A program made the translations under genes and the position numbers. Under the pieces are notes generated by a model, which was given only the letters and a program-made list of their open reading frames with translations, searched no databases and was not told the DNA's origin. A stretch of DNA of 42,524 bases, taken from Thiobacillaceae bacterium (GTDB lineage: Bacteria; Pseudomonadota; Gammaproteobacteria; Burkholderiales; Thiobacillaceae). How positions within the stretch are numbered: position 1 is the first letter of the stretch; each line of letters begins with the position of its first letter. The stretch is taken from contig JAYVLR010000055.1 in NCBI GenBank assembly GCA_043759395.1, positions 1 through 42,524 of the forward strand, written 5' to 3'. Positions 9,401-17,860 of this stretch are shown here, one piece after another.

Positions 9401-9478
9401 ACCACAGAGGCACGGAGACACAGAGAAAACGATCAGCAGGGAAGTTGGGTTTTTTCTGTGTCTCCGTGTCTCTGTGGT
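9401..9478. repeat. 30-bp intergenic inverted repeat
   Basis: ACCACAGAGGCACGGAGACACAGAGAAAAC (9401-9430) vs GTTTTTTCTGTGTCTCCGTGTCTCTGTGGT (9449-9478): 28/30, both mismatches G-U compatible, 18-nt loop. Confidence 0.85.
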
Positions 9479-9490
9479 GAGATTTTTTAA

Positions 9491-10750
9491 ATGAGCAACA
9501 AGATTCAATCCGTGCGTGGCATGAACGATTTTCTGCCGGATGCGACCGCTACCTGGAGCAGTTTCGAGGCGATCGTGCGCGACTGGCTGCGGCGTTACGG
9601 CTATCGTGAAATCCGCACGCCGATCCTGGAACAGACCGGTCTGTTCAAACGCGCAATTGGCGAAGTGACCGACATCGTCGAGAAAGAAATGTATACCTTT
9701 GTCGATGAGTTGAATGGTGAATCGCTGACGCTGCGCCCGGAAGGAACGGCCTCGTGCGTGCGTGCGGTGGTTCAGCATAATTTGCTGTACGACGGCGGCA
9801 AGCGGCTGTGGTACAGCGGCCCGATGTTTCGCCACGAACGTCCGCAGAAAGGCCGCTATCGGCAGTTCCATCAAGTCGGCGTTGAAGCGCTGGGGTTTGC
9901 CGGGCCGGATGTCGATGCCGAGCTGATCGTGATGTGCGCCGCTCTGTGGCGCGCGCTGGGCATTGCACCGACGTTGCAACTCAATACGCTGGGTGACGTC
10001 GAGTCGCGGCAACGTCATCGCGCCCGGCTGATCGCGTATTTTGAAGCGCATGCTGGCCAGCTGGATGAAGATTCCACGCGTCGCCTGCATACCAATCCGC
10101 TGCGGATTCTGGACAGCAAAAACCCGGCGATGCAAAGTCTGAATGACGCGGCACCGAAGTTGATGGATGAGCTTGATGCCGATGCGCGAACGCATTTCGA
10201 AGCTGTGCAGGCAATTTTGCGCGCGCACAACATCGCGTTTGAAATCAACCCGCGTCTGGTGCGCGGGCTCGACTATTACAATCGCACCGTGTTCGAATGG
10301 GTGACCGGCCAGTTGGGCGCGCAAGGTACGGTGTGTGCGGGCGGGCGCTATGATGGTCTGATCGGGCAACTGGGCGGCAAGCCTGCGCCCGCCGCTGGAT
10401 TTGCGATGGGGATCGAGCGTTTGCTGGCGCTGGTGGAAGCGGGCGGCACAGCGCTCGCGACCGCAGTACCGGATGTGTATATTGTCCATGCTGGCGAGGC
10501 CGCGCAGAACTGGGCATGGCAGGTGGCGATGCGCTTGCGTGCGGACGGGCTGGCGGTGGTGCTGCATTGCGGCGGCGGCAGCTTCAAATCGCAGATGAAA
10601 AAAGCCGATGCCAGCCATGCGCGCTACGCGGTGATTCTGGGTGATGATGAGGCAGCCGCACAACAACTCACATTAAAACCCCTGCGCGATACGGCGGAGC
10701 AAGTCCGCGTTGATCTCGCGCAGGCAATGATTTTTTTGAAAAAGGCATAA
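9491..10750 (+). CDS. hisS: Histidyl-tRNA synthetase
   Basis: [34 protein letters not shown]. Confidence 0.98.
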   Translation: MSNKIQSVRGMNDFLPDATATWSSFEAIVRDWLRRYGYREIRTPILEQTGLFKRAIGEVTDIVEKEMYTFVDELNGESLTLRPEGTASCVRAVVQHNLLYDGGKRLWYSGPMFRHERPQKGRYRQFHQVGVEALGFAGPDVDAELIVMCAALWRALGIAPTLQLNTLGDVESRQRHRARLIAYFEAHAGQLDEDSTRRLHTNPLRILDSKNPAMQSLNDAAPKLMDELDADARTHFEAVQAILRAHNIAFEINPRLVRGLDYYNRTVFEWVTGQLGAQGTVCAGGRYDGLIGQLGGKPAPAAGFAMGIERLLALVEAGGTALATAVPDVYIVHAGEAAQNWAWQVAMRLRADGLAVVLHCGGGSFKSQMKKADASHARYAVILGDDEAAAQQLTLKPLRDTAEQVRVDLAQAMIFLKKA

Positions 10751-10754
10751 AGAC

Positions 10755-11396
10755 ATGGCGACATACGATCTGGAAGAACAGGAACAACTTGACGAACTCA
10801 AGGCGTGGTGGAAACGCTGGGGGAGTCTGACCCTGCTGGGCGCAGCCATTGTGATGGCGGCTGCCGCCGGATGGCGATACTGGCAGCATCAGGCCGAGAC
10901 GGATCGTATGGAAGCCGCTGCCGTGTTTGGCAAGCTCACCCAATCTTTGCAGGCAGGTGATGCCGGGACCGCGCGCGATGTGGGCGCGGTGCTCATCGAC
11001 AAATATCCGCGCACCGCTTACGCCCCGCGCGCAGCGCTGCTGTTGGGCAAGCTCAATTACGGTAACAAGGATGTCAGGAGCGCGCAGGCACAGCTGGAAT
11101 GGGTGATCGCAAACAGCAAGGAAGTGGCCTTGAAGGATCTGGCGCGTCTGCGTCTGGCCGGTATTTTTCTGGACGAAAAGCAACTCGACAGCGCGATGAA
11201 GCAACTCGACAGTCCGCACAGTGACGCATTTGGTTTTCGCTTCGATGACCTGAAAGGCGATGTGTTGTTTGCCCAGGGTAAAAATGTCGAGGCGCGAAGC
11301 GCGTATCAGGCGGCATTCAACAAAATGGTGGCGGAGAATCCGTATCGCGCTGTTGTTGAGTTGAAGCTGGACGGCTTGGGAGGGCCGACTAAATGA
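10755..11396 (+). CDS. yfgM: YfgM ancillary SecYEG/TPR membrane protein
   Basis: DLEEQEQLDELKAWW, N-terminal TM helix, ARLRLA, GDVL; position between hisS and bamB. Confidence 0.9.
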   Translation: MATYDLEEQEQLDELKAWWKRWGSLTLLGAAIVMAAAAGWRYWQHQAETDRMEAAAVFGKLTQSLQAGDAGTARDVGAVLIDKYPRTAYAPRAALLLGKLNYGNKDVRSAQAQLEWVIANSKEVALKDLARLRLAGIFLDEKQLDSAMKQLDSPHSDAFGFRFDDLKGDVLFAQGKNVEARSAYQAAFNKMVAENPYRAVVELKLDGLGGPTK

Positions 11397-12583
11397 AGCG
11401 CCGCTTGATTTCCATGGCCGCGACTGCGGCGCTGGCTGCGAGTCTGGCTGGATGTAGTACGGTCAAGTCCATGGGCGGCAGCGTGAGCGATACCGTGGGT
11501 GGCTGGTTTGGTTCGAATGCTGCGAAAGAAGCGGCCAAACCCGCCGCGCTGGTCGATTTCAAGCCAATGGTCGCGTTGACCGAAGCATGGAAAGCCAACG
11601 CAGGGGAAACCGACGGGCGCGTTTTCAGTCCCGCTGTGGATGCCGATGCAATCTTTGCCGCGTCGAGCGGAAAAATGCTTCGGCTTAATCTGCAAAACGG
11701 ATCCGAGATCTGGAAATATGACGCAGGCACGCGCTTGTCAGCAGGCGCAGGAGCAGGGCAGGGCATGGCGCTGGCGGGTAGCGGCAAGGGCGAGCTGCTC
11801 GCGCTGGATGCCGCTAACGGCCAGCTGCGCTGGAAAATACAATTGTCGAGCGAAGTGACCGGGCAATTATTGACGGTAGGCGACGTGGTGGTGGCACGTA
11901 CCGGTGATGGCCGCATGCACGGATTGGCTGCTGGCGATGGCAGCCGAAAATGGTTGTATAGCCGTAACCTGCCAGCGCTCAGTCTGCGTGGATCCGGCGG
12001 TTTGCTGGCGCGCGACGGCGTGGTGTTTGCCGGGTTCCCGGGCGGAAAACTGGTGGCAATCAACGCGGCTAACGGCGCCCAGTTATGGGAATCAACCGTG
12101 GCACTGCCACACGGCGCGACCGAACTTGAACGTGTGGCCGATGTGATGGGCAATCCAGTGGCGGATGACAAACGCGTCTGTGCTGTGGCGTTTCAGGGCC
12201 GGGTGGCGTGTTTCGATCTGAAAACAGGCTCGCTGTTGTGGGCGCGTGATACGTCCTCCAATAGCGGTCTGGCGATGGACGACAAAAACCTTTATGTCAC
12301 TGACGATAAGGATGTGATCACCGCCTACGATAAAGAGTCTGGCCGTGCGGGATGGCGGCAGGACAAACTCTCGCGCCGCAAAGTGACTGCGCCACTGGCG
12401 CTCGGCACGATGATTGCTGTGGCTGATGGCCAGGGCTACGTCCATCTTTTGTCGGTTGAAGACGGTTCGTTTGTTGGTCGTGCGCAGCTGGACAGTGCCG
12501 CTGCCAGCGCGCCTGTCGATATAGGCCCTGGCTTTGCCGTGCAAACGGTGAAAGGCAGCGTGATGGCGTTCAAGCTGAAATAA
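11393..12583 (+). CDS. bamB: Outer membrane assembly lipoprotein BamB
   Basis: Lipobox LAGC, PQQ-like beta-propeller repeats, TELERVADV; synteny. Confidence 0.93.
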   Translation: MKRRLISMAATAALAASLAGCSTVKSMGGSVSDTVGGWFGSNAAKEAAKPAALVDFKPMVALTEAWKANAGETDGRVFSPAVDADAIFAASSGKMLRLNLQNGSEIWKYDAGTRLSAGAGAGQGMALAGSGKGELLALDAANGQLRWKIQLSSEVTGQLLTVGDVVVARTGDGRMHGLAAGDGSRKWLYSRNLPALSLRGSGGLLARDGVVFAGFPGGKLVAINAANGAQLWESTVALPHGATELERVADVMGNPVADDKRVCAVAFQGRVACFDLKTGSLLWARDTSSNSGLAMDDKNLYVTDDKDVITAYDKESGRAGWRQDKLSRRKVTAPLALGTMIAVADGQGYVHLLSVEDGSFVGRAQLDSAAASAPVDIGPGFAVQTVKGSVMAFKLK

Positions 12584-12639
12584 TTTTTTGTCGGCGGCGA
12601 TTTCCTGAATCGCTGCTGGTTGGTGTAACTGGATAACAC

Positions 12640-14043
12640 ATGCTCCCCACCCTGGTTCTGGTCGGCCGACCTAATGTCGGCAAGTCCACGCTTTTCAACC
12701 GCCTCACCGGCACGCGGGATGCGCTCGTTCACGATTTGCCGGGCATGACGCGGGATCGCCATTACGGTCGAGGACGACTCGGCGACAAACCCTATCTGGT
12801 AGTCGATACCGGCGGCCTGGAGCCTGTCGCCAAAGACGGCATCATGGCCGAGATGGCGCGGCAGACCCTGCAAGCCATCGATGAAGCCGATGCGGTGATT
12901 TTTCTGGTAGACGGACGCGGCGGGTTAACCCCGCAGGACAAGGTCATTGCCGAAAGGCTGCGTCGCGCAAGCTGCCCGATTTTTCTCGCCGTGAATAAAA
13001 CCGAGGGGATGAATCGGGCCGTCGTCACCGCCGAATTTTTTGAACTGGGCCTAGGCGATCCGCTGGCGATATCGGGTGCGCATGGCGACGGCATCAGCGA
13101 TCTCCTTGGCGAAGCGCTCACCCCGTTTTCTGACGTGGAGGAAACGCGCGACGACTTCGGCATCCCTAAAATCGCCATCGTCGGTCGTCCCAACGTCGGC
13201 AAGTCCACGCTGGTCAATGCCTTGATCGGAGAGGAGCGCGTGATCGCTTTTGATCAGCCCGGCACCACGCGCGATTCGATCTATGTTGATTTTGAGCGCG
13301 ACGGCAAACCCTATACGCTGATCGATACTGCTGGCGTGCGCAAACGCGGCAAGGTATTCGAGACGGTCGAAAAATTTTCGGTGATCAAAACCTTGCAAGC
13401 GGTGGAAGACGCCAATGTCGTCGTCATCGTGCTCGATGCGCAGGAAAACATTTCCGAACAGGACGCGCATTTAGCCGGATTCGTTCTGGAAACCGGGCGC
13501 GCGCTGGTGGTGGCGATCAATAAATGGGATGGCCTTAATCAAGAGCAGCGCGACAACGTCAAACGCGACATCGGGCGCAAACTCCAGTTTCTGGACTTTG
13601 CCCGTTTTCACTATATTTCCGCGCTCAAGGGCAAGGGACTGGAAGCGCTGTTGAAAGATGTCGAGGCCGCCCACGCCGCCGCGTTCGTCAATTTGCCGAC
13701 ACCCAAACTCACTCGCGTATTGATCGCCGCTGTCGAGCAACACGCGCCGCCCAAAAGCGGACTGCACCGTCCCAAACCGCGCTACGCCCATCAGGGTGGG
13801 AAAAATCCGCCCGTCATCATTCTGCACGGCAACGCGCTCGAAGGCCTGCACGCGGACTACAAACGTTATCTGGAAAACACCTTTCGCAAAGCCTTTGACC
13901 TGCACGGCACGCCTTTGCGTATCCAGATCAAGGGCGGCAGCAATCCGTTCGAGGGCAAGAGCCGCGCACCGCTATCGGCCAGCGACGCGACACGGCTGCG
14001 CCGCGAAAAGCGCATCCGGCGGGTGAAATGGGGCGCGGATTAA
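12640..14043 (+). CDS. der: Ribosome biogenesis GTPase Der/EngA
   Basis: Two GRPNVGKS P-loops, two TRD motifs, DTGG/DTAG, KH-like C-terminus. Confidence 0.98.
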   Translation: MLPTLVLVGRPNVGKSTLFNRLTGTRDALVHDLPGMTRDRHYGRGRLGDKPYLVVDTGGLEPVAKDGIMAEMARQTLQAIDEADAVIFLVDGRGGLTPQDKVIAERLRRASCPIFLAVNKTEGMNRAVVTAEFFELGLGDPLAISGAHGDGISDLLGEALTPFSDVEETRDDFGIPKIAIVGRPNVGKSTLVNALIGEERVIAFDQPGTTRDSIYVDFERDGKPYTLIDTAGVRKRGKVFETVEKFSVIKTLQAVEDANVVVIVLDAQENISEQDAHLAGFVLETGRALVVAINKWDGLNQEQRDNVKRDIGRKLQFLDFARFHYISALKGKGLEALLKDVEAAHAAAFVNLPTPKLTRVLIAAVEQHAPPKSGLHRPKPRYAHQGGKNPPVIILHGNALEGLHADYKRYLENTFRKAFDLHGTPLRIQIKGGSNPFEGKSRAPLSASDATRLRREKRIRRVKWGAD

Positions 14044-14124
14044 AAGCATGGATGCTTGTACAAATGTAAAACTCTATGCGTGGCCTTGGTTTTTAAATAG
14101 GCGGATGTAAAATGCGCCCGGATC

Positions 14125-14140
14125 GGGCACGGGCTTTGCT
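14125..14140 (+). promoter_or_regulatory. Putative sigma54 (-24/-12) promoter of bcsB
   Basis: GGGCACGGGCTTTGCT: GG-N10-GC, one mismatch to TGGCACG-N4-TTGCW, about 54 bp upstream of the bcsB ATG. Confidence 0.55.
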
Positions 14141-14193
14141 TTATTTCGTGCTGCCTGTTCCCTCTTGGAGCGGGAGCTGACTGAAAGCGGCAT

Positions 14194-16335
14194 ATGAATA
14201 ATAAAACCCTGTTAAACACGTTCCTTCTGTTTTCATTATCGTTGTCGAGCCCGTCCTGGGCGGCAAGCTATCTGATAAAAGACCTGGTCGGTTATCGCGA
14301 CATCAGCCTCACCGGGGACGGTGGCGTGGTTGGAATCCCGGTTTCTATCCGGACTGACCGGATGATCAGCGGGGTGAAGTTGCATTTGAGTTTCAATTAT
14401 TCGCCCGCGCTCATTCCTGAATACTCGCACATCAAAATTCAGGTCAACGACGAGCCTGTCGGCGTGATACCGATTCCGAAAGGGGGAAGCGGTACTGTCA
14501 CCCAGGATATCGTGCTTGATCCCCGTTTGTTCGTCGATTACAACTCGATCAAGCTCCAGCTGGTTGGACACTACACAACCCATTGCGAAGACCCGACGCA
14601 TTCTTCTCTCTGGGTATCCATTTCCAACGATTCGAGACTGGATATTGATGAAACACCCATAAAACTGAGCAATGAGCTGGCCAATTTGCCCCTGCCGTTT
14701 TTTGACATCAAGGACAATGGGCCGGTCGCGTTTAACATGGCGTTTGGCCGTTTAGCCTCCTGGCCGGAATGGCGAAGCGCGGGCATCATCGCAAGCTGGT
14801 TCGGTGCCATGGCCGACTATCGCAAAACCAGTTTCAATGTTTATCAGGATGAATTGCCTTCCAGCCACACGGTCGTTATTGCACTCCCCGGCAGTTTGCC
14901 AAAATTTTTACGGTGGTCGCACCCGCTGACCGGCCCCACCCTCGCCTTGATGGATCTCCCGGGAAGCACGACTGGAAAAATCCTTCTGGTGACAGGTAGA
15001 ACGCCAGAAGAACTCAACATTGCCGCCCGCGCCCTGGTGGGCGGACGCAGTGCCTGGTCGCGTGATGTGACGGTGATCTCAAATTTCAAACCGCTTGCAG
15101 CGCGCAAACCTTACGATGCGCCACGGTGGCTTTCACCCGACGGTCCGGTCGCGTTCAAGGATTTGATCACAGACCCGGCGCAGCTACAGGCTCAGGGGAT
15201 TGGCGCCAAGGAAATCAAGGTGTCCGTTCAATTGCCGCCCGATTTGTTCATCTGGCACAACAGGGGCTTGCCGGTTGATCTCAAGTTCAGATATACCCCG
15301 CCTGCCAAACAGGACAACTCTGCGCTGAATTTCAGCGTCAATAACCAGTTCACCCAATCCTTTAATCTTTCTGCGGATGCAACAACGGGCGGCACCTGGA
15401 AAGCGCTGCTTCCCTTTTTCGGCAAGAAGAAAAATCATGATGGCGGAGAAGTCGATGTCCCATCTTTTCAACTCGGATCGAAGAATGCCTTATCGTTCCA
15501 GTTCAATACCAACTATGCCCTCGGCGAGTGCGCGGGCCGTCCGGGTTCATTCCGTGCGGCAATCGACCCGACATCCACACTGGATATTTCCGGTTTTTAC
15601 CACCATGCCAAGCTGCCTGACTTAAAGCGCTTTGCCGCAAGCGGCTATCCCTACACCCGCCTGGCCGATTTGGCGGATACCGCTTTTGTGCTCCCGGATG
15701 CGCCTCAAACGGATGATCTGAAAGCGGCATTTGTGCTGCTTGCAAAATTGGGCGCGGCCACCGGATATCCGGGAACAAACGTGCGCATGCTTCCTGCACA
15801 CGATATTGAAACGGTCAGCGACCGCAATCTTGTTCTGGTTGGAAATTCAAACAGACTGCCGCTGGTGAGAAGCTGGTATGGCAAGGCTGCGGTATTGGAT
15901 GACAATCTGGCAGGTGAGATGAAATTACAACCCGTTGCGCTTCCTGTGGCGGGCAATATTCGCCCATCGACCGCTGGCGCGATGGCGATGCTGGTCGGGT
16001 TTGAGTCTCCGCTCAAATCAGGAAAAAGCGTGGTGGCTGCCACCTGGAAAGACGGCAAGGAATATGCGGAATTTCTGGCGCTTCTCGCTAATCCTTCTGA
16101 CGCACAGCGTTTCGCCGGAGATACGACCATACTCAGTGCCAAAGGCTTGGTGTCTTACCGCACCCAGCCTACTTACACTGTAGGTGATCTCCCCTGGTGG
16201 TTACCCGTGCGGATATGGTTTTCGGATCATCCCCTCGCACTTGCGCTACTGACTTTACTAGCCGTGATGGTCTTTGGCGCATGGCTGTCCCGCAAGCTCA
16301 GGTCTGTGGCGGAGAAGCGCTTAGGGAACACGTGA
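14194..16335 (+). CDS. bcsB: Cellulose synthase periplasmic subunit BcsB
   Basis: Signal peptide, YSPALIP..S, GHYT..CEDP..SSLW, LPLPFFD, ASWFG, RKPYDAPRW, LPDL..FA..GYPYTR.ADL, Y.VG.LPWW plus C-terminal TM anchor. Confidence 0.95.
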   Translation: MNNKTLLNTFLLFSLSLSSPSWAASYLIKDLVGYRDISLTGDGGVVGIPVSIRTDRMISGVKLHLSFNYSPALIPEYSHIKIQVNDEPVGVIPIPKGGSGTVTQDIVLDPRLFVDYNSIKLQLVGHYTTHCEDPTHSSLWVSISNDSRLDIDETPIKLSNELANLPLPFFDIKDNGPVAFNMAFGRLASWPEWRSAGIIASWFGAMADYRKTSFNVYQDELPSSHTVVIALPGSLPKFLRWSHPLTGPTLALMDLPGSTTGKILLVTGRTPEELNIAARALVGGRSAWSRDVTVISNFKPLAARKPYDAPRWLSPDGPVAFKDLITDPAQLQAQGIGAKEIKVSVQLPPDLFIWHNRGLPVDLKFRYTPPAKQDNSALNFSVNNQFTQSFNLSADATTGGTWKALLPFFGKKKNHDGGEVDVPSFQLGSKNALSFQFNTNYALGECAGRPGSFRAAIDPTSTLDISGFYHHAKLPDLKRFAASGYPYTRLADLADTAFVLPDAPQTDDLKAAFVLLAKLGAATGYPGTNVRMLPAHDIETVSDRNLVLVGNSNRLPLVRSWYGKAAVLDDNLAGEMKLQPVALPVAGNIRPSTAGAMAMLVGFESPLKSGKSVVAATWKDGKEYAEFLALLANPSDAQRFAGDTTILSAKGLVSYRTQPTYTVGDLPWWLPVRIWFSDHPLALALLTLLAVMVFGAWLSRKLRSVAEKRLGNT

Positions 16336-17405
16336 AGACAGGTACAGCCTTGATCCTGTTCGTGGGGGTCTTGGCGGTTTCCAGCCCCGCGCAGGCAAAG
16401 AGTGAATGCCAGCAATGGCAGCATCAATGGGACGCGTTCAAACAGGATTACTTAAGCCCGGCGGGACGGGTTTCCACTGATGCGGCCTCCCGCTCCCACT
16501 CCGAGGGACAGGTCTATAGCCTGTTTTTCGCATTGGTTGCAAATGATCCCGAGCTATTCGAAACGATCCTCCACTGGACCCAAGCCCACCTGGCTGAAGG
16601 CAAGCTGAATGAGCGCTTGCCCGCGTGGTCGTGGGGGCGGCACGAGGACGGAACCTGGCGCGTACTGGACGATAACTCGGCCAGCGATGCCGATCTGTTG
16701 CTTGCGTATGTTCTGGGCGAGTCGTCCAGGCTATGGCACAAGCCTAGTCACGCGGCGCTGTCAAAATCGGTCGCGCACAATATTCTGCGTGATGAAACCC
16801 GTTTTCTCCCGGGGCTGGGTTTGCTTGTTTTGCCTGGAAAAACCGGTTTCTCAGACCTACCCTGGAAATTGAACCCTAGTTATTACCCCGCTTTTGCACT
16901 GCGCAGATTAGCCGCACTCCAATCTCCCGAATGGAAAAAAATTCTGGAATCGAGCTATCGGCTTCTGGTCATGGCCGCACCCAACGGAATTGAACCGGAC
17001 TGGGTGTTGTACGGGAATCAAGGCATATATGGCCAGACCAAGGGATCCCATGATGCTATCCGTACTTATTTATGGGCAGGGATGGATCACAGCGCCCAAG
17101 GCCAGGCGATTACGGCTCGTATCCAACCCTTTTTCCAACTTGCAGATCGCTTGGGTCATGTTCCTGAATCGGTCGATCCGTTGAGCTTGCACGCGGAGGG
17201 AATCGGGTCGGTTGGCTTTCAGGCCGCGCTTGGCCCTGTCTTGAAAAAACAGGGCAGGAAAATCGGCTCACCAGCTGTGCCGGGTGGAACGGGCTATTAC
17301 GCACAAGCCCTGTCCCTCTTTGGCACAGGTTATCAAACCACCTATGCCATCGGCACATCGGGCGAACTGATCCCTGCCTGGGCGGGGAAAAAAACATGCT
17401 TGTAA
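16332..17405 (+). CDS. bcsZ: Endo-beta-1,4-glucanase, GH8
   Basis: SEGQ.Y..FFAL.AND, LPAW.WG, NSASDAD, NPSY, DAIR.YLWAG. GTG start at 16332 overlaps the bcsB stop (GTGA) and is followed by a signal peptide. Confidence 0.93.
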   Translation: MKTGTALILFVGVLAVSSPAQAKSECQQWQHQWDAFKQDYLSPAGRVSTDAASRSHSEGQVYSLFFALVANDPELFETILHWTQAHLAEGKLNERLPAWSWGRHEDGTWRVLDDNSASDADLLLAYVLGESSRLWHKPSHAALSKSVAHNILRDETRFLPGLGLLVLPGKTGFSDLPWKLNPSYYPAFALRRLAALQSPEWKKILESSYRLLVMAAPNGIEPDWVLYGNQGIYGQTKGSHDAIRTYLWAGMDHSAQGQAITARIQPFFQLADRLGHVPESVDPLSLHAEGIGSVGFQAALGPVLKKQGRKIGSPAVPGGTGYYAQALSLFGTGYQTTYAIGTSGELIPAWAGKKTCL

Positions 17406-17641
17406 TACACATGCCTTCTTCTGCGGGAATGCGCCGTTGCGGCCAAGGACTCTTCTGCGGACTGATTTTGTGCGCGATGAATCGAAACCGGGGCTTGCGC
17501 TGCGTCGAGTTAACGTCGATGTTGTCAAAAAATCGGGCTTTTTCACCATGGTGAATTTTCTTCGCTATGGAATGGTGTCTACTGAACAATCAGCTACTGA
17601 ATATTCAAGCAAGGAGCCGGGGCATCGGGACAAAGTCATTT

Positions 17642-17658
17642 CTGGTGCGAAATTTGCT
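17642..17658 (+). promoter_or_regulatory. Putative internal sigma54 promoter for small ORF-bcsC-bcsA-bcsG
   Basis: CTGGTGCGAAATTTGCT: TGG-N10-GC with TTGCT; perfect palindrome TTCACCATGGTGAA (17542-17555) about 90 bp upstream. Confidence 0.45.
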
Positions 17659-17710
17659 GCTCTTCAAAAAGACGTTGTGGCTCATATGCCTCGCGATATT
17701 AGGGAATGAT

Positions 17711-17860
17711 ATGAAAGTTGAATCTGTTTTCATAAAAACAAATCCGCACTCTATGCGCTGCGGCATGGCTGCGATTGCAGCGGAAAACCCTTATTTTTAC
17801 AGCCGGGCTGCACGCGCAGAAGCCGGCCTTTCCCGTGAATTTTCAGCGGCCACCGCATGA
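17711..17860 (+). CDS. Putative 49-aa small protein coupled to bcsC
   Basis: AGGGA RBS at 17701-17705, ATG 17711, stop overlaps the bcsC start (ATGA); MKVESVFIKTNPHSMRCGMAAIAAENPYFYSRAARAEAGLSREFSAATA. Confidence 0.4.
   Translation: MKVESVFIKTNPHSMRCGMAAIAAENPYFYSRAARAEAGLSREFSAATA

Noticed and set aside
9401-9478. CRISPR-like array suggested by the short repeats here and at 7800-8144
   Set aside because: The repeats are inverted, with no direct repeat-spacer periodicity and no cas genes
9398-10666. 422-aa antisense ORF, and similar long ones at 2864..3892, 26980..27873, 28096..28953 and 36603..37409
   Set aside because: Shadow ORFs opposite well-conserved genes in GC-rich DNA; no recognisable motifs
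12592-12618. Hairpin between bamB and der as a terminator
   Set aside because: The T-run precedes the stem rather than following it, and several pairs are G-U
16197-16331. Extended N-termini in the ORF track (bcsZ 16197, bcsA 19787, bcsG 21925, ndk 4489, pip 2860)
   Set aside because: They overlap neighbouring genes or non-coding leaders; downstream starts fit RBS, stop-start coupling or family N-termini better
17776-17812. Possible c-di-GMP-I riboswitch before bcsC (ACAGCCGGGCTGC resembles its 3' end)
   Set aside because: No GAAA-tetraloop P2 stem, tetraloop receptor or complete P3 stem upstream
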